A stretch of 15,474 bases of DNA, from IMG/VR virus record IMGVR_UViG_2660238360_000003; one strand, written 5' to 3'. The translations under genes and the position numbers were made by a program. Source of the DNA: a virus. Lineage: Duplodnaviria > Heunggongvirae > Uroviricota > Caudoviricetes. Under the pieces are notes generated by a model. It searched no databases. It was given only the letters and a program-made list of their open reading frames with translations, and was not told the DNA's origin. Positions 14,191-15,474 of this stretch are shown piece after piece. Position 1 is the first letter of the stretch. Each line of letters begins with the position of its first letter.

Positions 14191-15474
14191 GTGAACACAT
14201 TTTCAGTTTCCCGTCTGGCGCTGGCATTGGCTTTTGGCGTGACGCTGACCGCCTGTAGCTCAACCCCGCCCGATCAACGTCCTTCTGATCAAACCGCGCC
14301 TGGTACCTCTTCTCGCCCGATTCTGTCGGCAAAAGAAGCGCAGAATTTCGATGCTCAACACTATTTTGCATCCCTGACACCAGGTGCTGCAGCGTGGAAT
14401 CCTTCCCCGATTACCCTGCCTGCGCAACCTGACTTTGTTGTCGGCCCGGCGGGCACTCAAGGTGTAACGCATACCACGATTCAGGCGGCGGTAGATGCGG
14501 CAATTATCAAGCGTACCAACAAGCGCCAGTATATTGCCGTGATGCCTGGTGAGTATCAGGGAACGGTATATGTCCCTGCCGCTCCGGGTGGAATTACTCT
14601 GTACGGTACAGGTGAAAAACCGATTGATGTGAAGATTGGGCTTTCCCTTGATGGTGGCATGAGCCCTGCCGACTGGCGTCACGACGTCAACCCGCGCGGC
14701 AAATATATGCCAGGTAAACCAGCGTGGTATATGTACGATAGCTGCCAGAGCAAACGCAGCGACAGTATCGGTGTTCTCTGCTCTGCGGTCTTCTGGTCAC
14801 AAAACAATGGCCTGCAACTGCAAAATCTGACCATCGAAAACACGCTGGGCGATAGCGTAGATGCAGGTAACCATCCGGCGGTGGCACTGCGTACTGATGG
14901 TGACCAGGTACAGATTAACAACGTTAACATTCTCGGTCGTCAGAACACCTTCTTTGTCACCAACAGCGGTGTGCAGAACCGTCTGGAAACGAATCGTCAG
15001 CCGCGTACGCTGGTGACCAACAGCTACATTGAAGGGGATGTGGATATCGTTTCTGGTCGCGGCGCAGTGGTGTTCGATAACACCGAATTCCGCGTGGTGA
15101 ACTCACGTACTCAGCAAGAAGCGTATGTGTTTGCACCGGCTACGCTGTCCAACATTTACTACGGTTTCCTCGCCGTAAACAGCCGTTTCAATGCTTTCGG
15201 TGATGGTGTGGCGCAACTGGGCCGCTCGCTGGATGTTGATGCCAATACCAACGGTCAGGTGGTGATCCGTGATAGCGCCATCAACGAAGGTTTTAACACG
15301 GCTAAACCGTGGGCCGATGCGGTGATCTCTAATCGTCCGTTTGCGGGTAATACCGGCAGCGTAGATGATAACGACGAAATACAGCGCAATCTGAATGACA
15401 CTAACTACAACCGCATGTGGGAATACAATAACCGCGGCGTGGGTAGTAAAGTGGTTGCAGAGGCGAAGAAGTAA
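14191..15474 (+). CDS. ybhC: YbhC outer-membrane lipoprotein (pectinesterase-like / acyl-CoA thioesterase), 427 aa; chromosomal gene flanking att-lambda
   Basis: GTG start preceded by GGAG; signal peptide with lipobox LTAC; sequence and length match my recall of E. coli YbhC; GC content typical of the E. coli core genome. Confidence 0.9.
   Translation: MNTFSVSRLALALAFGVTLTACSSTPPDQRPSDQTAPGTSSRPILSAKEAQNFDAQHYFASLTPGAAAWNPSPITLPAQPDFVVGPAGTQGVTHTTIQAAVDAAIIKRTNKRQYIAVMPGEYQGTVYVPAAPGGITLYGTGEKPIDVKIGLSLDGGMSPADWRHDVNPRGKYMPGKPAWYMYDSCQSKRSDSIGVLCSAVFWSQNNGLQLQNLTIENTLGDSVDAGNHPAVALRTDGDQVQINNVNILGRQNTFFVTNSGVQNRLETNRQPRTLVTNSYIEGDVDIVSGRGAVVFDNTEFRVVNSRTQQEAYVFAPATLSNIYYGFLAVNSRFNAFGDGVAQLGRSLDVDANTNGQVVIRDSAINEGFNTAKPWADAVISNRPFAGNTGSVDDNDEIQRNLNDTNYNRMWEYNNRGVGSKVVAEAKK

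Noticed and set aside
14159-14930. Minus-strand ORFs (73, 140, 83, 66 aa) antisense to ybhC
   Set aside because: Lie within the ybhC coding region; Arg-rich translations typical of antisense frames in GC-rich genes.
1-15474. tRNA, rRNA or CRISPR loci
   Set aside because: I saw no cloverleaf-compatible segments, rRNA-like sequence or regularly spaced repeat array; lambda integrates at att-lambda rather than a tRNA gene, consistent with the ybhC flank.

Overview
This window is the early (left) arm of a mosaic lambda-like prophage, ending at attL beside the chromosomal gene ybhC (the classical att-lambda locus). Reading left to right: a DLP12-type nin region (rusA, ybcO, ninE, ybcN; minus strand), an AT-rich island with an unrecognised 472-aa gene on the opposite strand, lambda-type replication genes ren-P-O with ori iterons inside O, a non-lambda immunity region (YdaT-like protein in the cII position, YdaS-like Cro, divergent operator region, CI-like repressor with S24 peptidase domain), a lipoprotein gene in the rexAB position, a pL-like region, an unidentified ORF, then lambda-type gam-bet-exo, orf60a/63/61/73, a second AT-rich island with a minus-strand membrane-protein gene where lambda has ea22/ea8.5, xis, int, attL and ybhC. 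Gene identities rest on my recall of lambda and E. coli K-12 protein sequences, not on a search. The three accessory insertions (472-aa orphan gene, immunity-region lipoprotein, membrane protein) are the candidates for undescribed biology; none has a motif I can assign to a known defence family, so their functions are inference. A 10-N assembly gap lies at 258-267.
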